A stretch of 63,708 nucleotides of DNA, counting the filler, from Aduncisulcus paluster (lineage: Eukaryota), in the NCBI GenBank assembly GCA_024181965.1. It is 4 parts of 4 records of this genome, joined end to end, with 100 filler letters (N's around TTAATTAATTAA, not from the genome) between each part and the next. Parts side by side here need not be neighbours in the genome. Positions count along the whole stretch, not along the records: positions 20,846 to 46,479 come from BQXS01011368.1; 3 more parts are not named here. The stretch is one strand, 5' to 3'. This document shows positions 24,558 through 36,873 of this stretch, piece by piece. Made by a program: the position numbers and the translations under genes. Positions within the stretch are counted from its first letter, which is position 1. Every line of letters starts with the position of its first letter. Below the pieces are notes generated by a model. The model ran no database searches. It saw only the letters and a list, made by a program, of their open reading frames with translations, and was not told where the DNA came from.

Positions 24558-27047
24558 TCAGATACCAATTCCAGCCCCCAAAATTCCTCCCAATGGTTTT
24601 TCCACCTTTTGAGTGACACCTTTCCCAGGGACATAATACTCTCTGACGAGTTCAGTTAACACTTTAAGTCTATTTTCAAGGGAAAATCCAACTTCTCCCT
24701 TGATGGCTGAGTATATTGAACCAAGTTTGGCGTTATGGCAGAATATTACGAACAGATTCTCTTGGTTTTGCTCAATAAGCATCTCACCATACGAAGCTAA
24801 TGCATCGATAATTGAAATATTGGCATACAAATCAGACTTCAGAGGAGCTGTTCGACCGGTTATAGCATGTAAATCTACCGAAGAAGTCATATGTTCGTCT
24901 GACACCGGTGTTCCATTTTCGTCAACAATTGCATATGGATAAAGATGTTTGAGTCCATTCGTGAGCATCACTCGATTGGATTCAATGACTTTCAGCGAGG
25001 CCATTGTTTTGAGGATATAAGCATGAACAAGGGGGATGTCACAAACTGATGCAAAAGCAATCCGAAGCACCTTTGTAAACTCTTCAAACTGAAGGTCAAC
25101 AATCATATCTGTTGTGTGGATTCTCATTCCACAATCGCAAGCAGCAACGACAAGGAGTTGTATCACGGAGGCTTTGGTCTCAATCATTGAGCTTGTTGAT
25201 CGACCAGGTCTTCCCCCACTTGTTGTACTAACACCAGAGGAAGAGAGAGAAGGAGGGTGAGTGTCGACCACAGTCTTCACTCGTTGCGACAGGGAAGAGG
25301 TCTTGTCTCGAACAATAGCAACTGGGGACACGTGTGTGGTTAGACCAGTCGTTGGTGAGATAGAAGAAGTTGAAGCAGAGGGCGCTGAAGGAGCAGTGAT
25401 AGAGAGTAATGTTTCTGAGACCATCCCACTCTTTCGGGCTCCTCCTTCTTCAACAGGGAGTCGGACAAATCGATCAACGATATCGGACAGACAATCAATG
25501 AAATCGGCAACAATCGTTTGCCATCCGCTCAGTTTCAAGAGTTTGCACCCCAGAGCATAATTCCTTGCAAGAAACAAATAATACAAATCACGTCGGTTAA
25601 TACTTTTCTTTATGTATCGCAGACATTCTGGAAATAGTCCATTCATCGTGGCAATGTTCAATGCACGTTGCTCTGATCGCTGTAGTATTGTTCCCATCGT
25701 TGTTGCCGCAGATGTTGCAGCATCGTGATGATACTGCTCGATAAAGTCTTGCGAAAACACCCCCCCATCAGCGGGAAGATATTCCTCATCAAGGATCTTT
25801 CCAAATGGAGACATACAAATGTCATCCTCAGATAGTCCAAGAGATCCAGAGTCAATTGCATCCACTTCACGACTCACACGGGATATGTCCATAGATTTGA
25901 TGTGTTCTCTTCGTCCAAATGATCCTTCTTTCTGGTATTGACCAAGTTTTTGTTCTGAATCTTCTCTTTCTTCTTCCTCTCTTTCTTGGTCTTCCTCTTC
26001 TTTTTCTTTCTCTTCTTCACTTTCTTCCTCAGATTTGTATTTTTTCAATGAATCACGGAAACGGGTTTCAATTGATCTCCCATACTGTGTGAAATCAACA
26101 TCTTTCCACCATCCCATCTGAACGTCATCAACATCCACTTCGACTCCAGGCCCAACACCAATGCCATGTCCAAATTCCATTTTAGAGGAACGTGGACGGG
26201 TAGGTCTTGCTGAAGGCGGGGAAGGAGGAGTTCGGTGAGGAAGCGGGGAGGCAGTTCTTCGGGTTGCTGAGGAGGATGGATGAATAGGAGTAATAACTTT
26301 CTCATCTTCTATTTTGGGACTAATTGATTCGTCGAAAAGACCAATTGATGGGAGAGTGACCACGCCTGCATGGATAAAGGGCATTGAAGCTGAAGGAGTT
26401 CCAGGGACAGACCCAGGATGAAGACAGATCTCTGCAAGAATCTCAACAATGCATACATACATCGGATCACATGCTAATTGATAGAATACGCTATCATATC
26501 GACAGAGGGTGCAAAGAAGACTACATGCCGCGGCAGATGTACGTGTCAATCGAATCCAGCCACCAATCGATTCACAAAAATGCCGAGTATTAAGTATTTT
26601 ACGGGCCGCTCTGACTCCAATCCGTGCAAACCCATCCAAAGCCCATAAACAATGAGCGACTGTGATGTGAGAGGCTATTCCATTGACGATTGGATATGTC
26701 AACATTGAGAGAAGCGAACTATTTGAAATTAAAACACGGGACACCTTTTTGTGAGTAATTCCATGGTTAATAATGGCAGAAATGATATGTGATGCTGGTT
26801 CAGTAAGTCGTTCTTCACTATCTCGATTAATCAAAAGATTGCTAAGCTTAGATAGAAAGGGGGTGAGAACAACACAGGAGTAAATGGCCTGACCAACGTT
26901 TATATTTCTTTCATTGATTCCTTCAGATAAAAAGAGAAGAGACCGCATAATTGAAGATTCATCAGAGTTTGTCATAACATCGTTAATTGCGGCAGAAAAC
27001 TCGTCAACCTTGGCTTTCTTGGCAAATTCACGAACTTGACGCAACAT
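24558..27047 (-). CDS. ARM/HEAT-repeat-like protein with low-complexity inserts (possibly a divergent importin-alpha-like protein)
   Basis: Long helical ORF (HCLWALDGFA; IIDALASYGE...N.F); probable ATG at 27047 (MLRQVREF). The family call is tentative. Confidence 0.6.
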   Translation of the reverse strand: MLRQVREFAKKAKVDEFSAAINDVMTNSDESSIMRSLLFLSEGINERNINVGQAIYSCVVLTPFLSKLSNLLINRDSEERLTEPASHIISAIINHGITHKKVSRVLISNSSLLSMLTYPIVNGIASHITVAHCLWALDGFARIGVRAARKILNTRHFCESIGGWIRLTRTSAAACSLLCTLCRYDSVFYQLACDPMYVCIVEILAEICLHPGSVPGTPSASMPFIHAGVVTLPSIGLFDESISPKIEDEKVITPIHPSSSATRRTASPLPHRTPPSPPSARPTRPRSSKMEFGHGIGVGPGVEVDVDDVQMGWWKDVDFTQYGRSIETRFRDSLKKYKSEEESEEEKEKEEEDQEREEEEREDSEQKLGQYQKEGSFGRREHIKSMDISRVSREVDAIDSGSLGLSEDDICMSPFGKILDEEYLPADGGVFSQDFIEQYHHDAATSAATTMGTILQRSEQRALNIATMNGLFPECLRYIKKSINRRDLYYLFLARNYALGCKLLKLSGWQTIVADFIDCLSDIVDRFVRLPVEEGGARKSGMVSETLLSITAPSAPSASTSSISPTTGLTTHVSPVAIVRDKTSSLSQRVKTVVDTHPPSLSSSGVSTTSGGRPGRSTSSMIETKASVIQLLVVAACDCGMRIHTTDMIVDLQFEEFTKVLRIAFASVCDIPLVHAYILKTMASLKVIESNRVMLTNGLKHLYPYAIVDENGTPVSDEHMTSSVDLHAITGRTAPLKSDLYANISIIDALASYGEMLIEQNQENLFVIFCHNAKLGSIYSAIKGEVGFSLENRLKVLTELVREYYVPGKGVTQKVEKPLGGILGAGIGI

Positions 27048-27558
27048 AAAATTATGGATATATTTCAAATAAACACAAAATTCGGGCCTATGGTTTGACG
27101 AACGATGACACCTTGTCATGCAAAATATAAAGATAGAAAACCAGAATCAAAATGTAAATAATACTGTATTATCTCATAAAGATATTTTCAATTATTGGGG
27201 AATGACAAATATTATAAATTAACTCAGAAGATGATGTCAGACAACTAAAAAGAGGGAAAATCGATAGAAAGAGATAAAAATTTAGATATGTATTGCAGAA
27301 AAAGATGGTGACTTCATTTTAATCATAACTGAGATCATAAATATGCTTCAGTTTGTTTAATTCGAGAGGAAATGACCTGATATTGTGTCGTTATTTTTCC
27401 GATGCATATTTATATTAACTTCAAATGTTAGCTGCATTAAAATTTCTATACAAGTAAAAATATTCATTTAAAAATATTTATTATTGGATAAATCCCTCTG
27501 TACAATACACTTGTCCTTAAGGATTGTTATGCGTATATTCACCTAGTTATAATACATA

Positions 27559-28267
27559 TTATAATATCTTAGTTTCAGAAAAATCCATTTCTGGATGTTC
27601 TTTCATGAACTTTTCCACAATTTGTTGTTTCTTGATATCATCACTTGTAGGTCTTCCAAGTGCTTTTTGACGCTGATCAAACAACATTTTCTGAACTAAT
27701 GATTGTGTGGATGGTGCGAGATCAGATATTTGAGATTCAGGAGGTTCAATCGTCTTTGTATCAATGGTACCTTCTCCCGTTCCAATAAAACACTGTGGCC
27801 ACCATTCAGCTTTCTTTTTTATAATTTCTAGATGACCTAATTTCCTGTCTTCGATCATACCTTCACATTTTGCCGGAGAAATATGATCAAACAAATCAGC
27901 CTAAGATATAACAATAAAAATCACAAAATTTGATAATATATGATATTAAAATGAACAATATATTTGATTATTATTGAGAAATAATTATTAAAGAGCACAT
28001 ACATCAATAATTGGAGCATGTCCTTTTATCCCGAAAACAATATGTTTTTTATCAAATTTACAATCAATCATTTTCCATCTGGTATTAAGAGGAACATCGA
28101 TATAAACTGTAATCCCACCCAATGTCTGTTCCCACTTGTAGGGAAGTCCTTCACACTCAGCTAAACAAACAGGAAGAGTAATACAGATCTTAATGAGATA
28201 ATATGGAAATAATTTAATTATAAATATAATTTTTGTTCAAAATCAAACACATACAACCCCTTAACAT
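27559..28267 (-). CDS. nudC: NudC (CS/p23-domain nuclear movement protein); exons 28255-28267, 28003-28160, 27559-27900
   Basis: Spliced MLRGSECEGLPYKWEQTL...PIIDADLF...WW...PESQISDL...VQKMLFDQRQKALGRPTSD...FMKEHPEMDFS; two GTATGT..TAG introns preserve frame. Confidence 0.92.
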
Positions 28268-28630
28268 CAACTAATTCGCAAGAAAAGTGACACTTTGTGA
28301 CGGGCAGTCGCTGTCACGTAACCAGCGGTTATGATTGATCATATTCAATTGAATTTAAAACATAGATTAATAATATAGCTCATAACAAAATAAATGGTTG
28401 AGATGATGCTGTTGAACATGCCCGAATTGCGAATAGCTCCCGTAGAGAAAGCTTAATCAAGTTTTAATAAATAAATATTTGAAAATATATTTAATATAAT
28501 AATGTCAATCGCTCAGAGTTTTATTTAGGAGGAGCAATTCAGGTGGAGCCTTTTCCCTCTCTTTTTGATTTAACCAAATCAATTGTGGAATTTAAAATAT
28601 ATTCAATTGTTGCAAACTTATTAAAATTCC

Positions 28631-30091
28631 ATGAAAAGTGTAAAATCGTTAAATATAGTTGACGGAAACGTAAGTTTCCCGTCTGAGTTGCTTGGCATGA
28701 TAATTAATTCAATTAAATCTGCGTCTCCGCTCCTTATTGATGTATCATTGTTAGAGCATCGGCGTGATCGATGTTTGGTCCCCTCTGCCATCATGTCTAT
28801 CCTCCAAGAATTATTTCCATATCACACACTCTCAACATTAACTGTTGGAGAGCACACAACCTTAGAGGCATTAAAGCAATTTCCACTACATCCAGCAGTG
28901 AAATATTATCTTGAAGGATACCAACAGAAACAATATGGAGACCGGAAAAGGGAGGAGTATTTTAAGCGCTTTAAGAAGATCTCAAGGGCTTCAAGATATG
29001 ACCATTCACACACGACTGGAGGAACAACAACCCTTAGTTCTGGAATTCCATCGACACTTGTGAAAGCAACAACTGCAGAATCCGTGACAGATACTGTAGG
29101 TGGAGATCTCACGGAAAGTGGTGAGAGACGTAAGTTTTTTGATGTTTCTCAAGGTTTTAAATTTGATTCATCATGTCTTATTCCTAAACACCCATCGTTC
29201 ATTTCTGGTGGGACCAATATTGCCCTTCTCATTGGTCTTGATGATGCTCCCCGAATTATACAGCAACATGTCATTTCTGAGTGTAAATCACGCATGAGAG
29301 ATACCGTAGTTTCAAAGAAATATGGTCCATACCGTCAATTTGAAGATAAATATGCACTTACACATACGAATGGTTTCTTCCCCTTTTGTTGTATAAGTAT
29401 TGTTGGAATGGATGGTTTATTATCTTCATCCTTGGCCTCAGACATTGCTTCCTTCCATAAACTATCATATCTTGTCCATAAAGACCGTTTCCCTAGACCT
29501 GTTCCCATTGTTTCTTGTAGTGCCAATGTGCTCCATTCTTCTTCCATGGGCATGGGAAAGATGGCATCTCTCGATAAAAAACACCCAACGACTCCTTACT
29601 ACCCACAACTGATTGATTGGTACATGGATGTTCAAGCTTGTAATCCTGATGGCAAGAGCGGATATGTCAGACAATTTTTATCTCAACCTGTAGAATGTTT
29701 CCCTGAAATAATGGTATTTATCTCCGATCTATGTGTGAATGTAATGTTTGCAAAGCTATACACGAAGAAAGCCATTCAAGAACATGGAGATGTGTTCGAT
29801 ACTATCTTTGGAGATGAGTTCAAAGCATCAAGAGTCCCATTGACCAAAATGAGCAGTGTTGCAGCTGCTGCGTCGACCAGACGTGGGCCACATGCCACAG
29901 TGAATCAAATGCTTGTCGGATGCCGTGCAAATGCAAGGAGAGCAGGACGATCTTATGTTGTCCCGGATGATGTTATTTACATTGCTCCTCATGTATTGGG
30001 TCATCTCTTTGCAGAGTCCTTTGGAATAGAGTTACAATTGGCGTATACTTTTGTGAAAGACATCGTTTCAGAGCTCGAATTGCCTGTGTAA
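28631..30091 (+). CDS. Protein with a C-terminal MoxR/ChlI-type AAA lid; no P-loop seen
   Basis: CRANARRAGRSYVVPDDVIYIAPHVLGH matches the MoxR lid consensus ARAxAxxxGRxYVxPDDV...VLxH. Confidence 0.7.
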   Translation: MKSVKSLNIVDGNVSFPSELLGMIINSIKSASPLLIDVSLLEHRRDRCLVPSAIMSILQELFPYHTLSTLTVGEHTTLEALKQFPLHPAVKYYLEGYQQKQYGDRKREEYFKRFKKISRASRYDHSHTTGGTTTLSSGIPSTLVKATTAESVTDTVGGDLTESGERRKFFDVSQGFKFDSSCLIPKHPSFISGGTNIALLIGLDDAPRIIQQHVISECKSRMRDTVVSKKYGPYRQFEDKYALTHTNGFFPFCCISIVGMDGLLSSSLASDIASFHKLSYLVHKDRFPRPVPIVSCSANVLHSSSMGMGKMASLDKKHPTTPYYPQLIDWYMDVQACNPDGKSGYVRQFLSQPVECFPEIMVFISDLCVNVMFAKLYTKKAIQEHGDVFDTIFGDEFKASRVPLTKMSSVAAAASTRRGPHATVNQMLVGCRANARRAGRSYVVPDDVIYIAPHVLGHLFAESFGIELQLAYTFVKDIVSELELPV

Positions 30092-30906
30092 TGATGATCT
30101 GTTATGAGTCTATGATGTTCATTCTTCATTTTCTACATATTGAATCCCCTATATCTATTTTTGGATTACTAACTGGTATAAAATATCGTCAGTGGGATCT
30201 CATAAAGCCTCAAAAATATCTATATCTATCTTAATCATTCTCTTGAATTTTGAATAGAAGAGTTGCCAATAGAAGCCAGGAATACTGTTTAGTATAGTAT
30301 AGTATAGTATTATTGTACAATCTAACTCAAGCTTTTTAGAGGTGAATTTTATTCAAAGAGAAAGATTTAAGATATTTAATTGTTGATTTATGTTGTTGGA
30401 TACTCATATCGTCTATGCCATAAATAGAATACATTGGAATCCAACAATGGACAGATCAATTTATACTGAAGATTGTGAGAAAATATATTCATTTTTATTG
30501 CTATAATCATTATAGAAGTAGAATAACAAGATTATTTTGCAGGATTAAGAGACACAAACGTAGAAGAAAGCAGAAAAAAGGGGAAAATAAGAGGATGAAA
30601 AACACGAAAACGTAGACTATTAGGAATATATATATCTAATATATAACTTAAAAGAAGAAGCAATAAATTGATAAGTTAAAGGGAAATGCTGCTGCATTTA
30701 ATGCTGAAAACTCAGTCGTAGATCTATAAAAAAAAAAGGCAAAATCAAAGAAAAACAGAGTTCATATTTCAATCATTGATGGAGAGGTCACATTCAAGAG
30801 ATTAACGATGGAAATAACAGGACATCGAACAGAGATTGAGGATACTGTACTATACTGTACTGTACAATCAATATTAAGGAGAGGACTATGACATCCTGTT
30901 CTATTC

Positions 30907-31536
30907 TTATCCAGCAACTTCAGTGGCTGTTGCAGACTCAGTTTCTAAACCCCAAATCTCTTGATATTGAGTGTCGAGGCGCTGCAAGATTTCACTTTCA
31001 TCGCGATCCCTTCGTTTTTCGAGTCCTTCTCGTTGTTCTTTGTATTTTCTAGCGAGATCTTGGACAAACCGTATTCCAATCATGAAGGAAGAATCTGAGC
31101 CAGTATATGTCTCATGATGGGCGATCTTCACCTTCACAAGCTTGTCCATATCAACATCAAGCTTGTGCCATTCGAAACGATGCTTCATTTTCGAAATAGC
31201 AAACCGACGAGTGACTGAATGGTGATCGGAAGAATAGAAAGTAAAATCCAGGCTTGAGGGATTGCTGGATTCATTCTCAAGACCAATAAAAATGTGGCTG
31301 ATGAAATGAGGCTCGAAGAAAGGAATAACGAGTTCCTTGAAACAGATATATGCATTGGCTGAAAGAAACTCGCGAAAACGAGAAATATCCCAACGACCAG
31401 AGAAGTATCCCGTGGCTTTAGACGCATCAGCTTTGGGGACACTTGGATCATCAAGTTGAATTGGTGGATTGCATGGATAATCCCAAGATCCAACTTGAAC
31501 AAAGGAACTCTGAAATTGTGAAATTACACAAGTCAT
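30907..31536 (-). CDS. Small galactose-binding/APC10(DOC)-like jelly-roll protein with a C-terminal coiled coil
   Basis: LVIPF..P.FISHIFI...PSSLDFTF...EWHKLDV...VKI...IRF beta-strand pattern; ATG at 31536. The fold is inferred. Confidence 0.55.
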   Translation of the reverse strand: MTCVISQFQSSFVQVGSWDYPCNPPIQLDDPSVPKADASKATGYFSGRWDISRFREFLSANAYICFKELVIPFFEPHFISHIFIGLENESSNPSSLDFTFYSSDHHSVTRRFAISKMKHRFEWHKLDVDMDKLVKVKIAHHETYTGSDSSFMIGIRFVQDLARKYKEQREGLEKRRDRDESEILQRLDTQYQEIWGLETESATATEVAG

Positions 31537-32697
31537 AAGAGAATTAACAGAAGCGATTGAGTAGTAGATGTTATTTGGCAAGAAAAAATAAGAAAATGGA
31601 AAGTTCAAAACATAACACCCGAGTTTTCCTTCATCGAGTTTGGAGTTCTTTGTGAGATAATGGCTGGAAAATAAACCATTGATATATTTAAAGGGTGTAA
31701 AAATAATTATAGTCCCATTTAAAAATATTTTAACAGTAATTTTGGGATAAAATTTCCTTTATGCTGACAATAGAGATCATTTTGAAGATTCTCTTCCTAT
31801 TTGATCAATCTTACTGAATAATCTTCAATATAGTGTTTTTTTGAACTAACAATTAGCATTATTACAATATTTCAAAGAGCAATTTGTGTTTTACTTCTAT
31901 ATTTGGCAGATAAAACAAAAAATAAATATCGAAATAAATTCAAACTAAAAATCCTAAATAATGGCAATAACTACCATTTTCATATCTCTNNNNNNNNNNN
32001 NNNNNNNNNAAAATAAACCATTGATATATTTAAAGGGTGTAAAAATAATTATAGTCCCATTTAAAAATATTTTAACAGTAATTTTGGGATAAAATTTCCT
32101 TTATGCTGACAATAGAGATCATTTTGAAGATTCTCTTCCTATTTGATCAATCTTACTGAATAATCTTCAATATAGTGTTTTTTTGAACTAACAATTAGCA
32201 TTATTACAATATTTCAAAGAGCAATTTGTGTTTTACTTCTATATTTGGCAGATAAAACAAAAAATAAATATCGAAATAAATTCAAACTAAAAATCCTAAA
32301 TAATGGCAATAACTACCATTTTCATATCTCTTTCATTTGTGATTTGAAACGATACCATCATAATCGGCCTGTAAAAATGTGAAGTACAACTTGTACTTCG
32401 GTTGAACCGGGGGAAAACGAATGCTGATAAGTCAATATGGAATTTTATCTTGTTATATTCTCTAAATTTGTATGAAATATTCCAATTATCAAGAAATAAC
32501 CTCACCAAGAAGAAGGAAAAAAACCCATTTCTCAGCTTATGATAAGCACTCTTCTGACTGAACTATCTCATCAATTGAACTGAAAAATGAATCAAATCGA
32601 GAGATAAAATCATAATCAATTTTGGATAATTGATATCGGTTTCATCTATTTATAGCCAACCAGATATAATATATATCAACACACTACTACATTTAAC

Positions 32698-33985
32698 TTA
32701 TTCCGGCATTCTCATAACAGAAAATATACAGTTGAACCTGTTTTCTCTGAGTCTTTCATGATAACTACAATAGGGAATATCACGAAGTAATTCTTCTTCA
32801 CACAACATAAATCCATTCTTTTCCGAGATTGATTTTATCGTACTCCAGCTGATTTCTAAGCTCTCTTGATCGCCCATTCCAACCCAATGATACATCAGAG
32901 GTCCTAAATTAATCCATATTCCTCCTGGTTTCAACAGTTTCGCTATTCTTTCAATGTATTTGGTCACATTGTGAGCAGTATCAATAAAGAAACATGTCAC
33001 AATGACATCATATCTCTCACAGGTTGAACATGGGTTCTTTTTCTTTATCACAGAGTCATCTGTCACCGTGCAGCATTCTTCTTTGGAATCTTTACAACAC
33101 TCAGCTCTTTCTTCTGCTTCTTTTTCTTCACAGTCGCATGCATAACAATCAAGAAACTCACCTGCACAGAGACAGAACTTGGGCATACTTTTGGAAGAGG
33201 CCTTGGGACTTTTCCCTGGTAATATATCTGGAATCTTGACTTTCTTCACGATATCTTCATCCTTGACCATGTTAATTGTCTCGCATATCAATGGCATTAC
33301 AGTAAATTGCTCGGCGGAAGTGAAGAAATTGAGAGCAACAGCAGATCCCAAAAGCATGAAGACTGAGACTTCATTGCATTCGACAGCATATCCAAGCTGA
33401 CTCAATTCATACCCTAACCGACCTAAACCAGAACCAGGAACCAAAACAATTGGAGATTCAACGGTGGAATCAGAGGATGAGGGGCAGTACTTTGATAGGG
33501 CCTTGAATATGGGATTAAAACACATATCTCTTTCCAATTTACCTTCTTCACTCCATTCTCGAACAAATTGGCGCATTACTGAAGCAACGCGTCCAAAATC
33601 CTCATCAGTAGGCTGTCCAATTGGAGGGAATGGAGAACGAGCAACTAATAAAGAAATAAACGGGATCATCTCCATTAATTGATCTTTGCGGGCTGTAATA
33701 AATTTCAATTGCTCATCTAATATATCAGGATATGACTCAAGGCCTTTTTTCAGTTGCCCTTCAATTTCTTCAAGCTTTTTCAACTGATAAAATGGGAAAT
33801 TTTTAAAGGATGCAGTTACTCTTTGCTAAATAAAAAGGTAACGTTTAAAGATAATTGTAAATTCGCAATGTGGTGGTGATTGAACAAAATGGTACTGAAA
33901 TCCAATAATATGTCAAACATACCCAATGATTAATCTCCTCTTCATCGTCATCATGGTGTTTTCCGGACCTTTTCTTGTCACCCAT
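32698..33985 (-). CDS. CARNMT1: Carnosine N-methyltransferase (N2227/CARNMT1 family); exons 33923-33985, 32698-33825
   Basis: RQFVREWSEEG, LVPGSGLGRL, NEVSVFML, AGEF, TCFFIDTAHN, GGIWINLGPLMYH; phase-0 GTATGT..TAG intron 33826-33922. Confidence 0.92.
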
Positions 33986-34027
33986 CTGTTATCGGTGCAA
34001 AAGCGAATATTTATTCAATAATATGGA

Positions 34028-34659
34028 TTACCCGACATCTTGCAATACTCTAATGATGTTAGTAAGCAGAGCTGTCATAGTTTTCTTTGTTTCGGCTGAA
34101 TCAATTTCTGAATGGTATTGACTTTGCAATTCAGTCCTTCTTTCTAGAGTTGGAATTAATCTCATTGCTTCTCGCTGAGTATGGGGCAATAAAGAAACTA
34201 AATAGACCAATTCGAAATTAGTCATTGACACGTGCTCTTTTCCAACAAAATCTTTAAATTTTTTAACAATTTTATGTTGCTCTTCGGCTTTTTCAGGAAC
34301 AATCTCATCAAGATAGTCGAGCATCTTTTCAATCGATTCACTACATAAGTGAGATTTACCTTCATCTTTTTTCGTCCTTCTTTCATTCAAAAAACCTTTA
34401 ACTTCATATGGAGTTAATGGTTCAGCATCCCGTAATTCCTCTGAAGGTTTTAAAATATTCCATCAATTGAATTCGAAATACACAAATCATTAAAATGAAA
34501 ATTTAATAATTAAATGAAACAATATTATGTTGGAGAATGAGAAATACCAATATCAACATCTATTGTTATCAATCCAATAGAGTATGAAAACGACATACCT
34601 GGAACTTCATATGTATCAAATACTTGCTTAAGACCAAAGAATAATTTGGGTTTCTCCAT
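34028..34659 (-). CDS. RPB4: RNA polymerase Rpb4-family subunit (RPB4-like); exons 34599-34659, 34028-34440
   Basis: Spliced PEELRDAEPLTPYEV...FELVYLVSLLPHTQREAMRLIPTL resembles Rpb4 (L.P....EA..LIPSL). Intron 34441-34598 is GTATGT..CAG. RPC9 is not fully excluded. Confidence 0.72.
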
Positions 34660-35088
34660 ATTCTGTAGCAATATTGCGATTTTATAATAATAGTACGGAA
34701 TCCTTAATAAAATTCCATATCTTGGTAATATATCTTTAGTTAAATGAATGATAAAATGATTATGGATATTTTGATTTGAAATTGTAATGAAATAGCTGCT
34801 TTGGAGATTTCAAAAGTTTCAAGGCTGTACTATCAATATATACGAGAGTATATTGCGTATTATGGAGAAATTATGGCAATTAAACATAATAGACAATACG
34901 TATTTATTGATTATCGATGATTGAACATGTTGTTTGGTCTGTCAAATCGTGATAACAATGAATCCGACCATGAGATAAATATGACTTTGTCTCAAACTTG
35001 GTGGAAATAGATAATTACACAGTTCTTCATTGAGAATCATGGCGATGTCATGTTTTGTTATGTGAAGTGTTTTTTGTCCAGATAACTA

Positions 35089-36372
35089 ATGACGGAGGAA
35101 GAGAAGACTCTTAAAATTGAAGAAACTACCCCTATAGAAGATTCTTTGGCCCAAGATGATGGGTCTAAAAAGAAGAAGAGGAGGAGAAGAGGTAAGAAGA
35201 AGGGTGGTAAGAAACCCGCCGAAACTGGAGGGTTTTACTCAAATGGCCAAACATTCCCTCCCACAAAACCCGTATCTTCTCTTTATTCTGATGGTAAATT
35301 CCCCTGTGGTATCTTTCTTCCCTATGACGACGAATACTGCACAACTCACGGAATCCCTGAGGAAATGAAGAAAGTTGATGCTAAAAGCAAATATGATGAG
35401 CGTATCCATAAGCTTCGTGAGGCTGCCGAGGTCCATCGAGAAGTCAGAGACTATGCTAAGAAAATTGCCAAGCCTGGCATGAAATTGTATGATTTTTGTG
35501 CTGATCTCGAATCCCGTGTGAGAATGCTCTGTGGTGAAGACTCCAAAATCCAAAGTAGGCATGGAGGACTTGCTTTCCCATGTGGAGTATCCCTCAATCA
35601 TGTTGCTGCCCATTACACTCCTAACCCTGGTGATGACACCATATTCACTGATAAAGATATGATGAAAGTAGATTTTGGAAGCCACATTGATGGTGAACTG
35701 ATTGATTCAGCCTTCACAATCTGTTTCAACCATGAGCTTGATCCTGTGGTCAAAGCTTCTGAAGAGGCCACTCGCGCTGCCATCAAGGCCATGAAACCCG
35801 ACATGCATATTTGTGACGTTACTGATATCATCGAAGAAGTGATATGCTCATATTCATGCACCATTGATGGCAAAACCTATGATTTGCAACCTATTCGTAA
35901 TCTTTCTGGACATTTGGTCGGTCCTTTCCGTGTCCACGATGGCAAGAGTGTTCCCAATGGTAAACACATGGGTTCTCGTGATGAGATTATTGAGGAAGGT
36001 GAGTTGTATGCAATTGAGACCTTCGCAAGTACTGGACGAGGCCTTGTCAGAGATAGTGGTGTAACTTCTCATTACATGCTGACACCGTTTGGAGAACGTG
36101 GAAGACCCATCCTTAGACTTGACTGTGCTAAGAAATTCCTTTCAGAGGTCAAGAAGAATCACCGTACATTGGCTTGGTGTCCTAGGTGGTTCCATGAAGG
36201 AGGTGTCATTGAAAGGTACATGCCTTCCATCGGGGCTCTCGAGAAAGCTGGTGCTGCTGACCCATATCCTCCTCTCGCTGACAGAAAGGGTTCCTATGTC
36301 TCACAATATGAACACACTGTCCTTCTGAGGGAAGGGGGTGCAGAGGTCATGACTGGTGGTGTCGATTTTTAG
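35089..36372 (+). CDS. METAP2: Methionine aminopeptidase 2
   Basis: Basic N-terminal tract; AFPCGVSLNHVAAHYTPN, KVDFGSH, IDSAFT, NLSGH, AIETFASTG, QYEHT. Confidence 0.97.
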   Translation: MTEEEKTLKIEETTPIEDSLAQDDGSKKKKRRRRGKKKGGKKPAETGGFYSNGQTFPPTKPVSSLYSDGKFPCGIFLPYDDEYCTTHGIPEEMKKVDAKSKYDERIHKLREAAEVHREVRDYAKKIAKPGMKLYDFCADLESRVRMLCGEDSKIQSRHGGLAFPCGVSLNHVAAHYTPNPGDDTIFTDKDMMKVDFGSHIDGELIDSAFTICFNHELDPVVKASEEATRAAIKAMKPDMHICDVTDIIEEVICSYSCTIDGKTYDLQPIRNLSGHLVGPFRVHDGKSVPNGKHMGSRDEIIEEGELYAIETFASTGRGLVRDSGVTSHYMLTPFGERGRPILRLDCAKKFLSEVKKNHRTLAWCPRWFHEGGVIERYMPSIGALEKAGAADPYPPLADRKGSYVSQYEHTVLLREGGAEVMTGGVDF

Positions 36373-36470
36373 ATCTAAATGTGATCTTTATAATTATCGA
36401 GTATTATCCAAATCCAAGTATTATTAATATTAATATTTTCTACGTGTTTTTTTTATTGCAAGAAATTAAG

Positions 36471-36586
36471 CTCTCTCTCTCTCTCTCTCTTTTGTCCTTT
36501 CTTCTCTCAGAGATAGGACTATGTGAAGGCTGTGTCAAGGTGGGAGAAGGATCATATGACTCAACATAGGATCATATGACTCAACA
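36471..36586. repeat. (CT)10 microsatellite plus a 20-bp-period tandem duplication AGGATCATATGACTCAACA
   Basis: CT run 36471-36490; duplicated unit at 36548-36566 and 36568-36586. Confidence 0.85.
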
Positions 36587-36873
36587 AGATAGTGAACTAA
36601 TAGACAAAGCCATATTCTAAGAGCTGAATATATGATATATTAGCCAATAAATATCTAAGATATTGTAAATATCTGATCTAGAAATCTGTCATATGGAGTT
36701 TCTTGATTAAGCCTTAATCCGAGGGTAAAAAAACAAAGTCTTGAGATGAAGAAGAAGAAGAAAAATCAATTGGAATAATAAAAAATACCTAAAAAGAGTT
36801 GAAGACAATGATAATTATTTTAAAAAACAAAAACAAACAAACAAACAAGAAATATAGAAGATTATAAACGAAA

